A stretch of DNA of 64,000 nucleotides from Trypanosoma brucei. Its lineage: Eukaryota. The stretch's first letter is position 1; each line of letters begins with the position of its first letter. Of the stretch, positions 1 to 9,864 are shown in pieces. The notes under the pieces are model-generated. The model was not told the origin of the DNA, searched no databases, and was given only the letters and a program-made list of their open reading frames with translations. Location of the stretch: the NCBI GenBank assembly GCA_000002445.1, contig CH464491.1, positions 2,080,001 to 2,144,000 on the forward strand, read 5' to 3'. Position numbers and translations under genes: made by a program.

Positions 1-2
1 TA

Positions 3-1832
3 GTGCGGCTTTTCTCAGTGATACAGGGTTCCCGCGATGTGCCGTTCCTTTGTAAAGTGGCGAAGGCAGTGCGCGCGTTCGACGCAAATGACGAGTTGAT
101 ACAATTTGTTTGTTCTTCCATCTGCGCTCAGGGGGCTCTCTCCGAATGCGAAGCACTCATTGCGTTTGATATGATACGATGCTGCGACTTTGTTTATGAG
201 CCGCTATTAGACGCCATGGAACCCGTGTTCCGCCGACTTGTCGAGTCTGTGTCCGCGATGTTGGAAGGTAAGTCCACCATCAATGATGTAGAAGTACGAC
301 GCTGTGCCTGTTTTGCCACGCTTCAGTCAGAGTTTGACTGCCCCGATTTTGAAACGCTGGCATCACTTCTGGTGCACACAGTGGAGAAAAATGTGACCGG
401 CTGTCCTGTCGAGCTCATCCCGTCGGTTGGATTGCTCTGCGTCAGGACGAGGCGCACAAGTGCTCTTTATATCGTTGGCAACAAATTAGAAGGGAACATG
501 CAACAGCTGTCTGACGATGCCATTGGCGAGTTAGCGCGGCTGCTCGTGGGCACAGAGAATTTGGCAACAAAGGAGCTGGCAGTCGAATTTCAATCCGTTG
601 TTGTGAGTCGTCTGTTACGCCAACAATCTTTACCACCGGACGTTGTCGCCTTGTCGGCTGTTGTATGGCTTCGACAGGGTGACAAAGTGGGGACTATCGA
701 CGAACGGTCAGTTGATTACATTATCAAGTGGATGTACGCAATCGGTTCGAGTGTGTACACAGATTTGTGCCTTGCAGTTCACTTGTCGGCGTCAGTGGAG
801 TCGCTCTCGAACGCGCTCATTGATGATCTCCCGAGGAGACTGGAGCTGCTGACGACCAACGAGATGGCGAATGCTATATTTGGTCTCGGTGAGGTTTCTG
901 ATATGGGAGCACGCCTTTCTCACCAACTGGTCGCGGAGAGATGTTCGGACTACGTTGTTGATCATTCGCAGGAGTTCTGGAGTGGGAAAGTTATTGCGCG
1001 GCTTCTGTATGGTTTCTCGCGCATGCATTGCACAAAGCGAAGCCTATATAACGTGTTCGCAACGCGCCTTGCTCATCGGCCAGTGTTTTCCCTTTTGGAT
1101 CAAGAGGCAATCAGTTTTGCTATAGCCGCCTTTGGAAGGGTGAAGTACCTCGACAAGAAACTCTTTGACCGCTTCACGCGTTGGATATTGGATCACTCAA
1201 AGGATCTGAACGCTGCGGAGTTACTCTTGACTATAAGGGGTGTCAGCCGCGTGATGTTGTTGAACGACCAACTGTACGACGACCTTGGGTCAAAGGCCGC
1301 AGAGAAGGTAAAAGAATTCCCAATCGAGTCTCAGTGCGTGCTTTTGTCGTCTTTTGGGTCACTCGGCGTTGAACACGAGAGGCTCGCGTCTCGGATGGTT
1401 TCAAGCATCGCAGAGAATAGGGAAGAGTTGACAGACGCTACCAAGGCTGTCGATGTCATTACCTCCCTGTGGTCAATGAACTATGACGTTGAGGACGATA
1501 AGCATGTGGCACAACTGGCGGATTGGGTGGTGCAGCGGGCGGAGGAACTGACTGATGAGTCTATTGGTAAGTTGTGTCTTGTGTTAAGCGACACTAACTG
1601 GCGACACGTTCCACTTGTACGAGCAATAGCCGAGCAGTCGGTACGATTGCAAGGTCAACAAAGCATTTCTCCCAAGTGCTGCAGGGAGGTGCTAGATGTG
1701 CTCGGAACCTTTATGATACACCATCAGGGTGCCCGCGAGAATCTTTCGGCACTCGGTAGGAGTATAAGCAAAGAGAGGATTCAGCTTTCTGAAGAGGAGG
1801 AACAGCATCTTCAGCTTCTATTGAGACGCTGA
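3..1832 (+). CDS. hypothetical leucine-rich helical-repeat protein, 5'-partial (ORF open to window edge)
   Basis: 609-codon ORF beginning at the window edge (track 'M' is a GTG), stop TGA at 1830-1832. Repeated L/A-rich amphipathic helix pattern, possibly FASTK/heptatricopeptide-like; no catalytic motif recognised. Confidence 0.5.
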   Translation: MRLFSVIQGSRDVPFLCKVAKAVRAFDANDELIQFVCSSICAQGALSECEALIAFDMIRCCDFVYEPLLDAMEPVFRRLVESVSAMLEGKSTINDVEVRRCACFATLQSEFDCPDFETLASLLVHTVEKNVTGCPVELIPSVGLLCVRTRRTSALYIVGNKLEGNMQQLSDDAIGELARLLVGTENLATKELAVEFQSVVVSRLLRQQSLPPDVVALSAVVWLRQGDKVGTIDERSVDYIIKWMYAIGSSVYTDLCLAVHLSASVESLSNALIDDLPRRLELLTTNEMANAIFGLGEVSDMGARLSHQLVAERCSDYVVDHSQEFWSGKVIARLLYGFSRMHCTKRSLYNVFATRLAHRPVFSLLDQEAISFAIAAFGRVKYLDKKLFDRFTRWILDHSKDLNAAELLLTIRGVSRVMLLNDQLYDDLGSKAAEKVKEFPIESQCVLLSSFGSLGVEHERLASRMVSSIAENREELTDATKAVDVITSLWSMNYDVEDDKHVAQLADWVVQRAEELTDESIGKLCLVLSDTNWRHVPLVRAIAEQSVRLQGQQSISPKCCREVLDVLGTFMIHHQGARENLSALGRSISKERIQLSEEEEQHLQLLLRR

Positions 1833-2454
1833 CGGTTTGCTTTTTCACAGAGAACTTTCATGGATGATGTTTGACCATTATTTCTTGCCACGTTGTCCCT
1901 AGCACTCTCCTTTTACCACTTCTCAGTTGTCAACACGTGCCATGGGCCACTACCAGTGTAATTTATTTATTCTTTTTTTTTTGCAAGACTGGCAGGCAGG
2001 AAGGCGCCGGTGCGTGTGAGAAGATACATGCCCCTAAATGCAAGGCATCTACCCTCCCCCTCCGTATGATTGCGCGCACGGCATTTCGCATAATAATTTA
2101 TCATATGTTTGTGAGCGCGGCACGCGACGGAAGGACCGAGTAGCGAGTGGTGTTGATGGAAAGTTAAGTGGAGAGAGACGGCCAGAAGGGGGTTACTTAA
2201 CGGTTTCTGCACGAATAATAATTTTAAAAAATAGGATCTGTGTAGTTGCGGCAACGTAAATATACGTTTGCGCGTGAAGAGTTGTGAGGTTGTTCCGTCG
2301 TGTCCGTGTGCTGCCCTAGGGTAAGAATACGTGCATGCGCACATGCTGTCTAACGCACTTCTTTTTCCCTTTGCTTTACTTTATGTCTGCCCCGTTGAGG
2401 ATACATAAGGTGTGGGTGGGAAGCTTCACAGGAGTCGAATACGGGCAGCCATTA

Positions 2455-2478
2455 ATTATTTTTTTTAGTTGGTGCTTC
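2455..2478 (+). promoter_or_regulatory. polypyrimidine tract plus AG: candidate spliced-leader trans-splice acceptor region for CBS
   Basis: attaattattttttttagttgg located 25-45 nt upstream of the CBS ATG. In kinetoplastids a pyrimidine tract followed by the first AG specifies the SL acceptor. Confidence 0.4.
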
Positions 2479-2499
2479 GATTTGCATTAATCACAAAAG

Positions 2500-3588
2500 A
2501 TGAAGGACCAACGAACCACTATTCTTGATTCCGTTCTCGACACGATCGGTTCAACACCATGCATACGCCTCAATCGCCTGCCGAATATGCACGGGATCCA
2601 GTGTGAAGTCGTGGCTAAATGCGAATTCTTTAACCCGGGGGGAAGCGTGAAGGACCGCATCGCGCTAAAAATGGTGCTTGACGCGGAGGCCAGTGGGAGA
2701 CTTCCTCCTAACAGCACGCTTGTTGAGGCAACGAGTGGAAACACCGGCATTGGCCTCAGTTTGGTGGGCTCCGTTCGGGGCCACCGCGTGGTGATCACAA
2801 TGCCAAAGAAGATGTCCCATGAAAAGGAGGTGGTGGTTCGCGCTCTAGGGGCTGAGGTTATCCGAACCGAAACTTCGCTGGCATGGGACCATCCAGAGAG
2901 CCTTATTGGTGTGGCACGCCGCCTGGAAAGGGAGGAGGGTTACGTGTTCTTGGATCAGTACAGGAATCCAAGTAACCCAGGGGCGCACTACGAATCTACG
3001 GGACAAGAGATATACGACCAGTGCGGTGGGAAGGTGGACATGGTTATTCTTGGGGCCGGTACTGGAGGCACAATCACTGGCGTGGCGAAGAAGCTGAAGA
3101 GTTTGCTCCCTGATGTTATTGTGGTCGGCGTCGACCCCGTCGGTAGTCTTCTGGCCGATCCCGCTAATCCACCAAAGGATGCCAAACCATACTTGGTTGA
3201 AGGTATTGGTTATGACTTTGTGCCAGATGTATGCGAGAGAGAATATGTGGATAAATGGGTAAAGTCCACTGACAAGGAAAGCTTCGAACTGGCATCACAA
3301 TTGCACCGTGAGGAGGGCCTATTGGTGGGGGGTAGCAGCGGTTCCGCCATGTGGGGAGTGCTGCAGGCGGCGAAGGATCTTGGCCCGAACCAACGTTGTG
3401 TTGTGGTCTTCCCGGACGGCATTAGGAATTACATGTCCAAGTTCCCTGATGTAAACTGGAGGATTGAGAAGAAACTTGAGTCCGGTGAGGTGACACGTCC
3501 CACATATGAAAACCTACAGGCAGAGCTTGAGGGTACGAGGAAGAAGCTGGCGGAATATGAAGCCAAACTCGGTTTAATTGGGAAGTGA
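2500..3588 (+). CDS. CBS: cystathionine beta-synthase (PLP-dependent, fold-type II; no heme or CBS-pair domains)
   Basis: ATG at 2500. PLP-lysine motif GSVKDR; TSGNTGIGLS glycine loop; blocks VEGIGYDF, DKWVKSTDKESF and RNYMSKF align closely with the human CBS catalytic core as I remember it. 362 aa with a short coiled-coil C-terminus. Confidence 0.85.
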   Translation: MKDQRTTILDSVLDTIGSTPCIRLNRLPNMHGIQCEVVAKCEFFNPGGSVKDRIALKMVLDAEASGRLPPNSTLVEATSGNTGIGLSLVGSVRGHRVVITMPKKMSHEKEVVVRALGAEVIRTETSLAWDHPESLIGVARRLEREEGYVFLDQYRNPSNPGAHYESTGQEIYDQCGGKVDMVILGAGTGGTITGVAKKLKSLLPDVIVVGVDPVGSLLADPANPPKDAKPYLVEGIGYDFVPDVCEREYVDKWVKSTDKESFELASQLHREEGLLVGGSSGSAMWGVLQAAKDLGPNQRCVVVFPDGIRNYMSKFPDVNWRIEKKLESGEVTRPTYENLQAELEGTRKKLAEYEAKLGLIGK

Positions 3589-3968
3589 TATTCTGGCAGT
3601 GAAGCGCAGGAAGGCACTGCGAAAAAAAAGGGGGGAAAAGCGGAAAAGACTCAACCAGCGAGTAGCCTGTACTTGAGGAGGTGATACGTGCTTTATTTTA
3701 TTTCTTAATTTCATTCTATATTTATATCGATTTCGTCGTTGTTATTTTATTCCAGGACATGTGCGGGGGACATCTGGCTTAAGGTGGTCGTTTAACTATA
3801 GGGGTTGTCTGCCGCAACTTTCCCCATATTTTGGATGTTTTCATTTTTCGCGTTCGTTATATTATCTAATTACCCGCCGGACCGCTTCTGTGTGTGTGAT
3901 AAAAGGCTTTACAACGGTATTCTGGTGAGCGGAGGCACCTCGCGCATCGTATCTATCTATAAATAATA

Positions 3969-3992
3969 ATATATATATATATATATATATAT
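3969..3992. repeat. (AT)n microsatellite
   Basis: atatatatatatatatatatatat in the CBS-SAE1 intergenic region. Confidence 0.9.
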
Positions 3993-4792
3993 TCTTCGCA
4001 TTTGGGAAGTGGGTAGCTCGGATGCGAGGCGCTGTTCTTTGTTGTAAATCCAGTGTGCTCAGCCCCCGCCGTTTTTATTAGTCATCGACTGTTACTATTA
4101 TTATCATTTATTTATTTTTTTCATCCTGGGCACTCTATCAAGCTCAGACGCACGCATATTCACGCTCATCTAAAATAATTTTGTCCAACAAAAAAAGTGA
4201 GGATGGTTGGGGAGGAGTAAAATCTCTCCTTCCTGTTAAAACATAATTTTCTGACAGCGACATTTGGTACTCTGTTAGTAAGCCCGACGGTGTTTTGTCC
4301 ATCTTCCCCATATATTCATGGACTTGGACGCGTCGCTGGACGTTTTTCCACTCATCTCCATCAAAAATTCCCGTGGTTTCCGCCACTTTATTTCCTTTCC
4401 CACTTCCCCTCGTTTCCCTCAATTAGAGAACAAAACTAACCCTTTATCAGGGCTAAATATTCACTTAGTTACTTGCCGCAAAAAAAAAAAAGGGAATTTG
4501 TAGCGGGGGTTGCGGAGAGCGATATTCCGTGGGGTCCCCACCGGCGCCAGGTGTTGACTTCCTTTTTTTTTTTGCGTCTGCGGCTTCATGTGATGCGGGT
4601 GTGCATCCGGACACCGCTGCGCTTGGTTGTTATTTGAATCTGGCCTTGGTCATTTTTTGGGGGATCACCGCCGCGGATGGAGACGTACCCCCCGTCCCGA
4701 ATTTTTATTTCTGCCGGGGGTTTGCCTTAATTTTTTTGCTTAAACAATGTCCTTTGCCTTCTCACCCTTCTCTCCTTCACTTAAGCGCGGCG

Positions 4793-5680
4793 ATGAATGC
4801 GGACGAAAAAACGCGGTATGACCGGCAAATGCGGCTCTGGGGGAAGAGCACGCAGGAAAGACTACGGAGGACGGAAGTCAACATCAAGGGCATAACTTCC
4901 GCCAATGCAGAGGTGGCCAAAAATTTGGTGCTCGCCGGCGTCGGTTCCGTCGTCTTGGACGATACGGCCCCTGTTGAGGCTGCCGATCTTAAGCACAGTT
5001 TTATTCTTCAGGGTTGTAAGTTGGGGGAACGGCGGGGTGAGGCTTCGGCGGGGAAGCTCCAGTCGCTTAACCCGTACGTGGCGGTGTCGTCGAGTCGGGA
5101 AATTAGAAATAGGGATGGGGCGCCGCAGAGCAACTCGTCGCTTCGGGTTGTTTTGGCACGCGCAAAGTGTGAGGCTGACATGCTCGAGTGTGCGGGGGAT
5201 CCACTGAGCGGGTCAGCGGATGTCATGCTGCTCACGGTCGACCTCGGGCACCTGACAGCGGGCTTCTTCCTTTACAGGAAACAAAAGATCCCTTTCGTGG
5301 CGCAATTAAGAGCATTACTCGATGAGGAAGTCGGCACGAGGCCCGTTGTGTTCCAGCGGGTGCTGTTGTTGTTAAAAATGGCTGAATGCCCACAGGAGCT
5401 TAATTACTTTGAGCGTCTTCTCTTTGCTAAGGATTTTGTGCGTCAACGTAGTCTGCTGCAACTGACGCGTGAAGATATCGAGTTTGCCGCGGCCGCCACT
5501 GGAGAGTTGATGCACAGCACCGCGATCGAAACCACAGTGGCGGGAGGCGTGTTTGCTCAGCTCATTATTCACACAATAGGAATGGGAAGCGAAGAAATGG
5601 GAGAAGGAGAATATGCCTGGGCAATTAGTGACACCAGCGACGGTGTCGAGGTTCAAGTGGGGCACCTGCGCAACCCGTAG
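4793..5680 (+). CDS. SUMO-activating enzyme subunit 1 (Aos1/SAE1)-like E1 ThiF-fold protein
   Basis: The track ORF starts at 4529; the first ATG giving the conserved N-terminus is at 4793 (MNADEKTRYDRQMRLWG). YDRQxRLWG, AEVAKNLVLAGVG, RGEASAGKLQSLNPYV and the C-terminal TTVAGGVFAQLII block match Aos1/SAE1. 295 aa. Confidence 0.65.
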   Translation: MNADEKTRYDRQMRLWGKSTQERLRRTEVNIKGITSANAEVAKNLVLAGVGSVVLDDTAPVEAADLKHSFILQGCKLGERRGEASAGKLQSLNPYVAVSSSREIRNRDGAPQSNSSLRVVLARAKCEADMLECAGDPLSGSADVMLLTVDLGHLTAGFFLYRKQKIPFVAQLRALLDEEVGTRPVVFQRVLLLLKMAECPQELNYFERLLFAKDFVRQRSLLQLTREDIEFAAAATGELMHSTAIETTVAGGVFAQLIIHTIGMGSEEMGEGEYAWAISDTSDGVEVQVGHLRNP

Positions 5681-6562
5681 AGGGATCGATGCGCTCATAA
5701 GGCACGCAGCGCATGTGTTTTGGTCCGTATATTTCGTACCTTTCGCAGGCTGGATGGGATTGTGTGCAGCTGCCAACCAAAGTATCTCGTTTTCTACTCT
5801 TATGAGGGGGGGGGGGGGTTGGTTGGTGCCAATAAACTTATTCGGCGGTGTGCCTCTATTCAGGGGATAAAATGCGAAACTGCCGCAAACAAAACTCATC
5901 GCAACCTTTTCTCTTGCTTTTGTCTGTAACACTAGGTGCAGCCCCAAGGGTCAATCTATTGTTTAGCGAAGGCTCGTTGCCAAGTCTTCATGTGACGGTG
6001 CCCCCAACAGCACCTGGAAGTTGTACGGGGAGTGCTTGCCGCTGGAAGTAGCTCTCTCCTATCATTTTTTCTTTGTCCGCCAGGTGGGGTTGTTGAGATG
6101 TTGACGTCCCACAAACACATGTAACGATTTGCGTGGGTTAGTTGGTGCACGCGCACTCCAAATAATTCATGCCCTCGAACAGCCAACGCGATTGGGGCTT
6201 TGGAAATGTGATCTACGCTTGCGCCAACTTTTAGAAGATGTAGAAGAGAAGCCGCATTGCCCAACACCGCCCCAACACTTTAAACACACCAAGCGGCAGC
6301 AGAGTTAGAACTGAGAAACCATCCGGTTGCCCCGAGAAAGGGTACAAACGTGCACGCCGTCAGCACATACTACCATTGGCATCGAAACCATTGCGACAAA
6401 CAAATATAAACCGGCAGGAACCGATAGGAAATTTACGGAAGTAAAACTGTAAGCGCGCGTTCTTCCAAAGCACTGGCAACGCATGAGAAAGTGGGTGTGG
6501 ATATGCACAATTACCGATGGGTCGACGTCCTCCACCATCATCGGGCCCAAACCACATAACAC
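5681..6562. promoter_or_regulatory. convergent strand-switch region (putative RNA pol II termination zone) between the + cluster and the - cluster
   Basis: Last + gene ends at 5680 and first - gene ends at 6563, so the two transcription directions converge here. No convincing ORF, tRNA or snRNA in the 0.9-kb gap. Contains G13. Confidence 0.55.
5806..5818. repeat. G13 homopolymer inside the convergent strand-switch region
   Basis: tatgagggggggggggggttgg: 13 consecutive G on the plus strand. Confidence 0.9.
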
Positions 6563-8458
6563 TCACGCCGTCCAGACATCCTTCAAATACCGTTCATCAG
6601 TTGCGAGTTTCTCAAGCAATGCCGTCGCCTCATCCTCCTTCATTGCACCATATTTCTGCGCGATGTCCAGTAGCTGCCTCTCGACATCCCTCGCCATATT
6701 CTTTGCATCCCCGCATACGTAAACATTTCCTCCTCTGCTGATTATTTCCCATACTTCCTTCCCGCGTGCCGCTAAGCGGTGCTGCACATAAACTTTATCC
6801 GCTTGTTCTCTGCTGTAAGCAACATCCCGCACGGAGAGTGCCCCATTCGATAGACACTTCTCCATAAAGTCGGCATATATATGATCCTCCTCACGCCTCC
6901 TGCAACCAAAAAACAAAAGTGCATCACCAACTTTGTTACCCTTTTCCAGCCACGCGCTACGGCGGTGGAGAAATCCAATAAAAGGCGCTACACCCGTGCC
7001 CGGGCCAATCATGATGATTGGTCGATCCTTAGCTCGAAGCGGAAGGTGGAAGTTAGATTTTCGCACAAACACGGGAATGTTTTGACCCACGGCTGCCTGC
7101 TGAAGCAAATTCGTGCAGAGGCCACCCTCGACCACAGCAACAGTAATGGCCACACTCGTCGGGTGGGTCAGAGAATCAGACGAAATGGAAAAATACCGTG
7201 GGGCAATCCGCGGCATCATCTCCAAGAAGAAACTCAGCGGGGGAGACATCGACTTGAATCGCTGCAAAAAGCCAAGGACAGTCCTTAACTCCAAAACAAG
7301 CTTGCCATACGCCTCCACCGACTCGGGTTCAGTACTCAGCAGTTTTAACAAGGTGTCCTTTTCAACGGGATCAGTGCAATGGTGGGCGAAAGCACGCAAA
7401 GTAGACTTCTTGGGGGGCCCGGCAAGATCGATGTACCATGTGAGTGCAGTGCGAATTGACACGCGACAAGGAAAAACGTTCTTGCCAGTTGCTCTGTTCT
7501 GCAGCGAGATGACCTGACTTGATTCTTGCTCGCTCACGCCCAACACCCGCAGATAAGTGTTCACCATTTCGCTGGGGTTACTAGGAAGAACACCGAGGTG
7601 GTCACCAGCCTGGTAGGAGATAACAGTTTCTGATGTATCAAACTCAATTAACCTTGTACTTCTTCCGGTAGCATTGCTCAGCAGCTCCTTGTTCACCTTC
7701 ACTGGTGCCCAAGAAGGCAATCGTTGTGTTGGTTCCAACACTGACGCGAGCTTGGGGAACGGCAACGGGGCCTCTTCCGGAGGTCCCCATAATTTCATTC
7801 GGCATTCGGGTGCCACGGGTTCGGTTGAGTTCGATTTCAGTACTAGAGAAAGTGCGCGTCCCAAGACTGGCCAGAGGTTGTGACACCAGTTATCAAATTC
7901 TTCTTCGATGCTATTTCCACAGTCGCCATAACCGAGGGGATAGAAACGTTGAGCACCTAACTCAGACATGCGGCGGTCCACCGTGATGCCTTCACGGCAA
8001 AAGAACTTGTATTGCCGGTCCCCGAGGGCAAACACTGTGTATTTCACCCCACTTAATTCCTCTCCCACTGCACGGGAGTCGTCTACCAACCACTCATGGA
8101 ACCCGACCATGGTGTCCGTGGGTTCACCCTCACCATACGTGGCGCAGATAATAATGACATATTTTTCCCCTGCCAAGTCGGACGGACGATAATTTTCCAC
8201 GTCAGCAAGTTTCATAGGGACACCCAGTCTCAAGCCCTCTCGCGTAACAGTCTTAGCAAACATTTCAGCAGTACCTGTTTGCGAGCCGAAGAGAACGCGA
8301 ACGTCGACTCGAGAAGACGGTTGTGAAGGATATTGAGCAACCCCTACAACCTGTGGTGCGGCGGTTTTCCCCCTACCCCCACCACCGCGTATGAAAACCC
8401 CGGCAACGAACCATGCAAGGACCGCGATAATGGCGGTGGATATCACGAGGAAAATCAT
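6563..8458 (-). CDS. CPR: NADPH-cytochrome P450 reductase (N-terminal TM anchor, flavodoxin domain, FAD/NADPH domain)
   Basis: The track start at 8473 is a TTG; the first ATG is at 8458 (MIFLVISTAIIAVLAW, a TM anchor). Flavodoxin motif LFGSQTGTAEMFAK; FMN-binding LGDRQYKFFCREG; FAD/NADPH C-terminal motifs GPGTGVAPFIGFL and YVCGDAKNMARDV; ends ...DVWTA like CPRs. Confidence 0.85.
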   Translation of the reverse strand: MIFLVISTAIIAVLAWFVAGVFIRGGGGRGKTAAPQVVGVAQYPSQPSSRVDVRVLFGSQTGTAEMFAKTVTREGLRLGVPMKLADVENYRPSDLAGEKYVIIICATYGEGEPTDTMVGFHEWLVDDSRAVGEELSGVKYTVFALGDRQYKFFCREGITVDRRMSELGAQRFYPLGYGDCGNSIEEEFDNWCHNLWPVLGRALSLVLKSNSTEPVAPECRMKLWGPPEEAPLPFPKLASVLEPTQRLPSWAPVKVNKELLSNATGRSTRLIEFDTSETVISYQAGDHLGVLPSNPSEMVNTYLRVLGVSEQESSQVISLQNRATGKNVFPCRVSIRTALTWYIDLAGPPKKSTLRAFAHHCTDPVEKDTLLKLLSTEPESVEAYGKLVLELRTVLGFLQRFKSMSPPLSFFLEMMPRIAPRYFSISSDSLTHPTSVAITVAVVEGGLCTNLLQQAAVGQNIPVFVRKSNFHLPLRAKDRPIIMIGPGTGVAPFIGFLHRRSAWLEKGNKVGDALLFFGCRRREEDHIYADFMEKCLSNGALSVRDVAYSREQADKVYVQHRLAARGKEVWEIISRGGNVYVCGDAKNMARDVERQLLDIAQKYGAMKEDEATALLEKLATDERYLKDVWTA

Positions 8459-8492
8459 GAGATACAACGCCAACTATATATAAAAATAACCT

Positions 8493-8528
8493 TAAAACGA
8501 AACGCGCGCGCACACACACACACACACT
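8493..8528. repeat. (CG)4(CA)13 dinucleotide microsatellite just upstream of the CPR start codon (5' UTR region on the minus strand)
   Basis: cgcgcgcgcacacacacacacacacactcaca at 8493-8528, about 35 bp from the ATG at 8458. Confidence 0.9.
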
Positions 8529-8889
8529 CACAATGTTTGTGATCGCTAACCCGACTCCGAATACGAAAGAGGGAAAGAGAGAATGGGGAAATTGAGCGAC
8601 AACTTCACACCACTTTCGTGCCGCCACAAAAAACACCAGTCGGCGCGTTACCCCACATTAGTGTCCATATTTCGTGTGTTTCTTGCTCGCTTTCACGCAC
8701 CGACGAATCTCAATGCCGTGAATACTCCTGTTGGGAACAGTGCGTGCTGAACCTGCATTAACATAATTCCAAGGAACCCCCAAGAACAGGAGAAACCCCC
8801 TCTTCAAACCAACTCCCGTCCTCATCATCTACTCGTGTTGGCACCCATGACCGTAAGGCGGGAACCTAACGAATTCAAAACAGCCTCCT

Positions 8890-8902
8890 CCCCCCCCCCC
8901 CC
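8890..8902. repeat. C13 homopolymer (G13 on the minus/coding strand of the cluster)
   Basis: cagcctcctccccccccccccagtg, in the CPR to downstream-gene intergenic region. Confidence 0.9.
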
Positions 8903-9864
8903 AGTGTACACGGATGGGGGCACGTTTATGTAGTGATAGGGTTTGAAATGGATAACGTCGTGTGCCGATCCAGCCCACCTCGTTTCTTTCCTGGTTGGAG
9001 CGGAAAAAGCGATGGACCCATGACGGTGGACAAACACACCCACAGGCCCCGTGCAGCACCGCGCGGCCGCTCAGAGCCGTGGAGAAACAGTTTGGTTGAT
9101 ACAATTTCCAAACAACGGTCGCTATAAAGCAGAAATGTGTCACATGTGCAAACCCAACGGTGTTGTTGATCAGTGAGAGCTTCGTCAGGGGTAGAGAGGG
9201 GTTGTCCGGTAATGCAGGGCATCGGCACTCCCTGTGGCGGGGCCTCAGGTTCAGTTCGACAACCGACATGCAGTAGTTACAAATGATATGACGCGATACG
9301 TACGTTTGGCATACAGGCGCACAACGAGAGGGGGCCACGAACGGTGCGAGCGTTTCCTTTACCGTTTTACTTCGAACCCCTTTCGTTTTTGCTCCGTTTC
9401 CCATATCAGCTCTCGTTACTAGCGCCAGTCTACCGAACAGTTCGTGCGAAGTCGCCATGAACCAGTCTAGAAATGGGAACACTCAAAAGTGTCGTTCTCC
9501 CCTCTCCAAGATGTGTATTTCGCAACGAACGTTGCCCCCAGAAGCCATCTGCTGTTTTCATTAGGTTCCATTACCTTTGGCGTGCTCGGTCCAGTGAATT
9601 CGCTTTTCTCGTCTCTGCACACCCACCCACTGGGCAGCTTCACCTGCTTCTCCTTCGACGTCGTGCGGCTACGCAACGCCTGTGGAGTAACGGCCCTTTT
9701 TCTTCGGTTATGGCGAACTGAGCTCCCGCTGTGAGGTCATGGGGGGAGCATTAGCCCATTCCCTCTCCCTCATCGGCTCCTTGTGCTGCTTGCGCCTTCA
9801 CTGAGCCGGCACATCCAATTCGCTCCTATCTTCACGTTGTCCACCCTAGTCCTCATGCTATTTA

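Noticed and set aside
5372-6566. ORFs of 60-190 aa on both strands inside the strand-switch region (e.g. 5372-5947 -, 5956-6267 -, 6305-6562 -)
   Set aside because: They are short, motif-less and overlapping on both strands, and lie in a region expected to be a transcription termination zone. No tRNA cloverleaf or snRNA-like box elements were found by eye either.
8829-9482. 217-aa minus-strand ORF (Cys-rich, GGGGGG run) between CPR and the next gene
   Set aside because: Its alternative-codon start, low-complexity segments and absence of motifs make it indistinguishable from a UTR reading frame. Kept out of the feature list, though a small conserved protein cannot be excluded without homology search.
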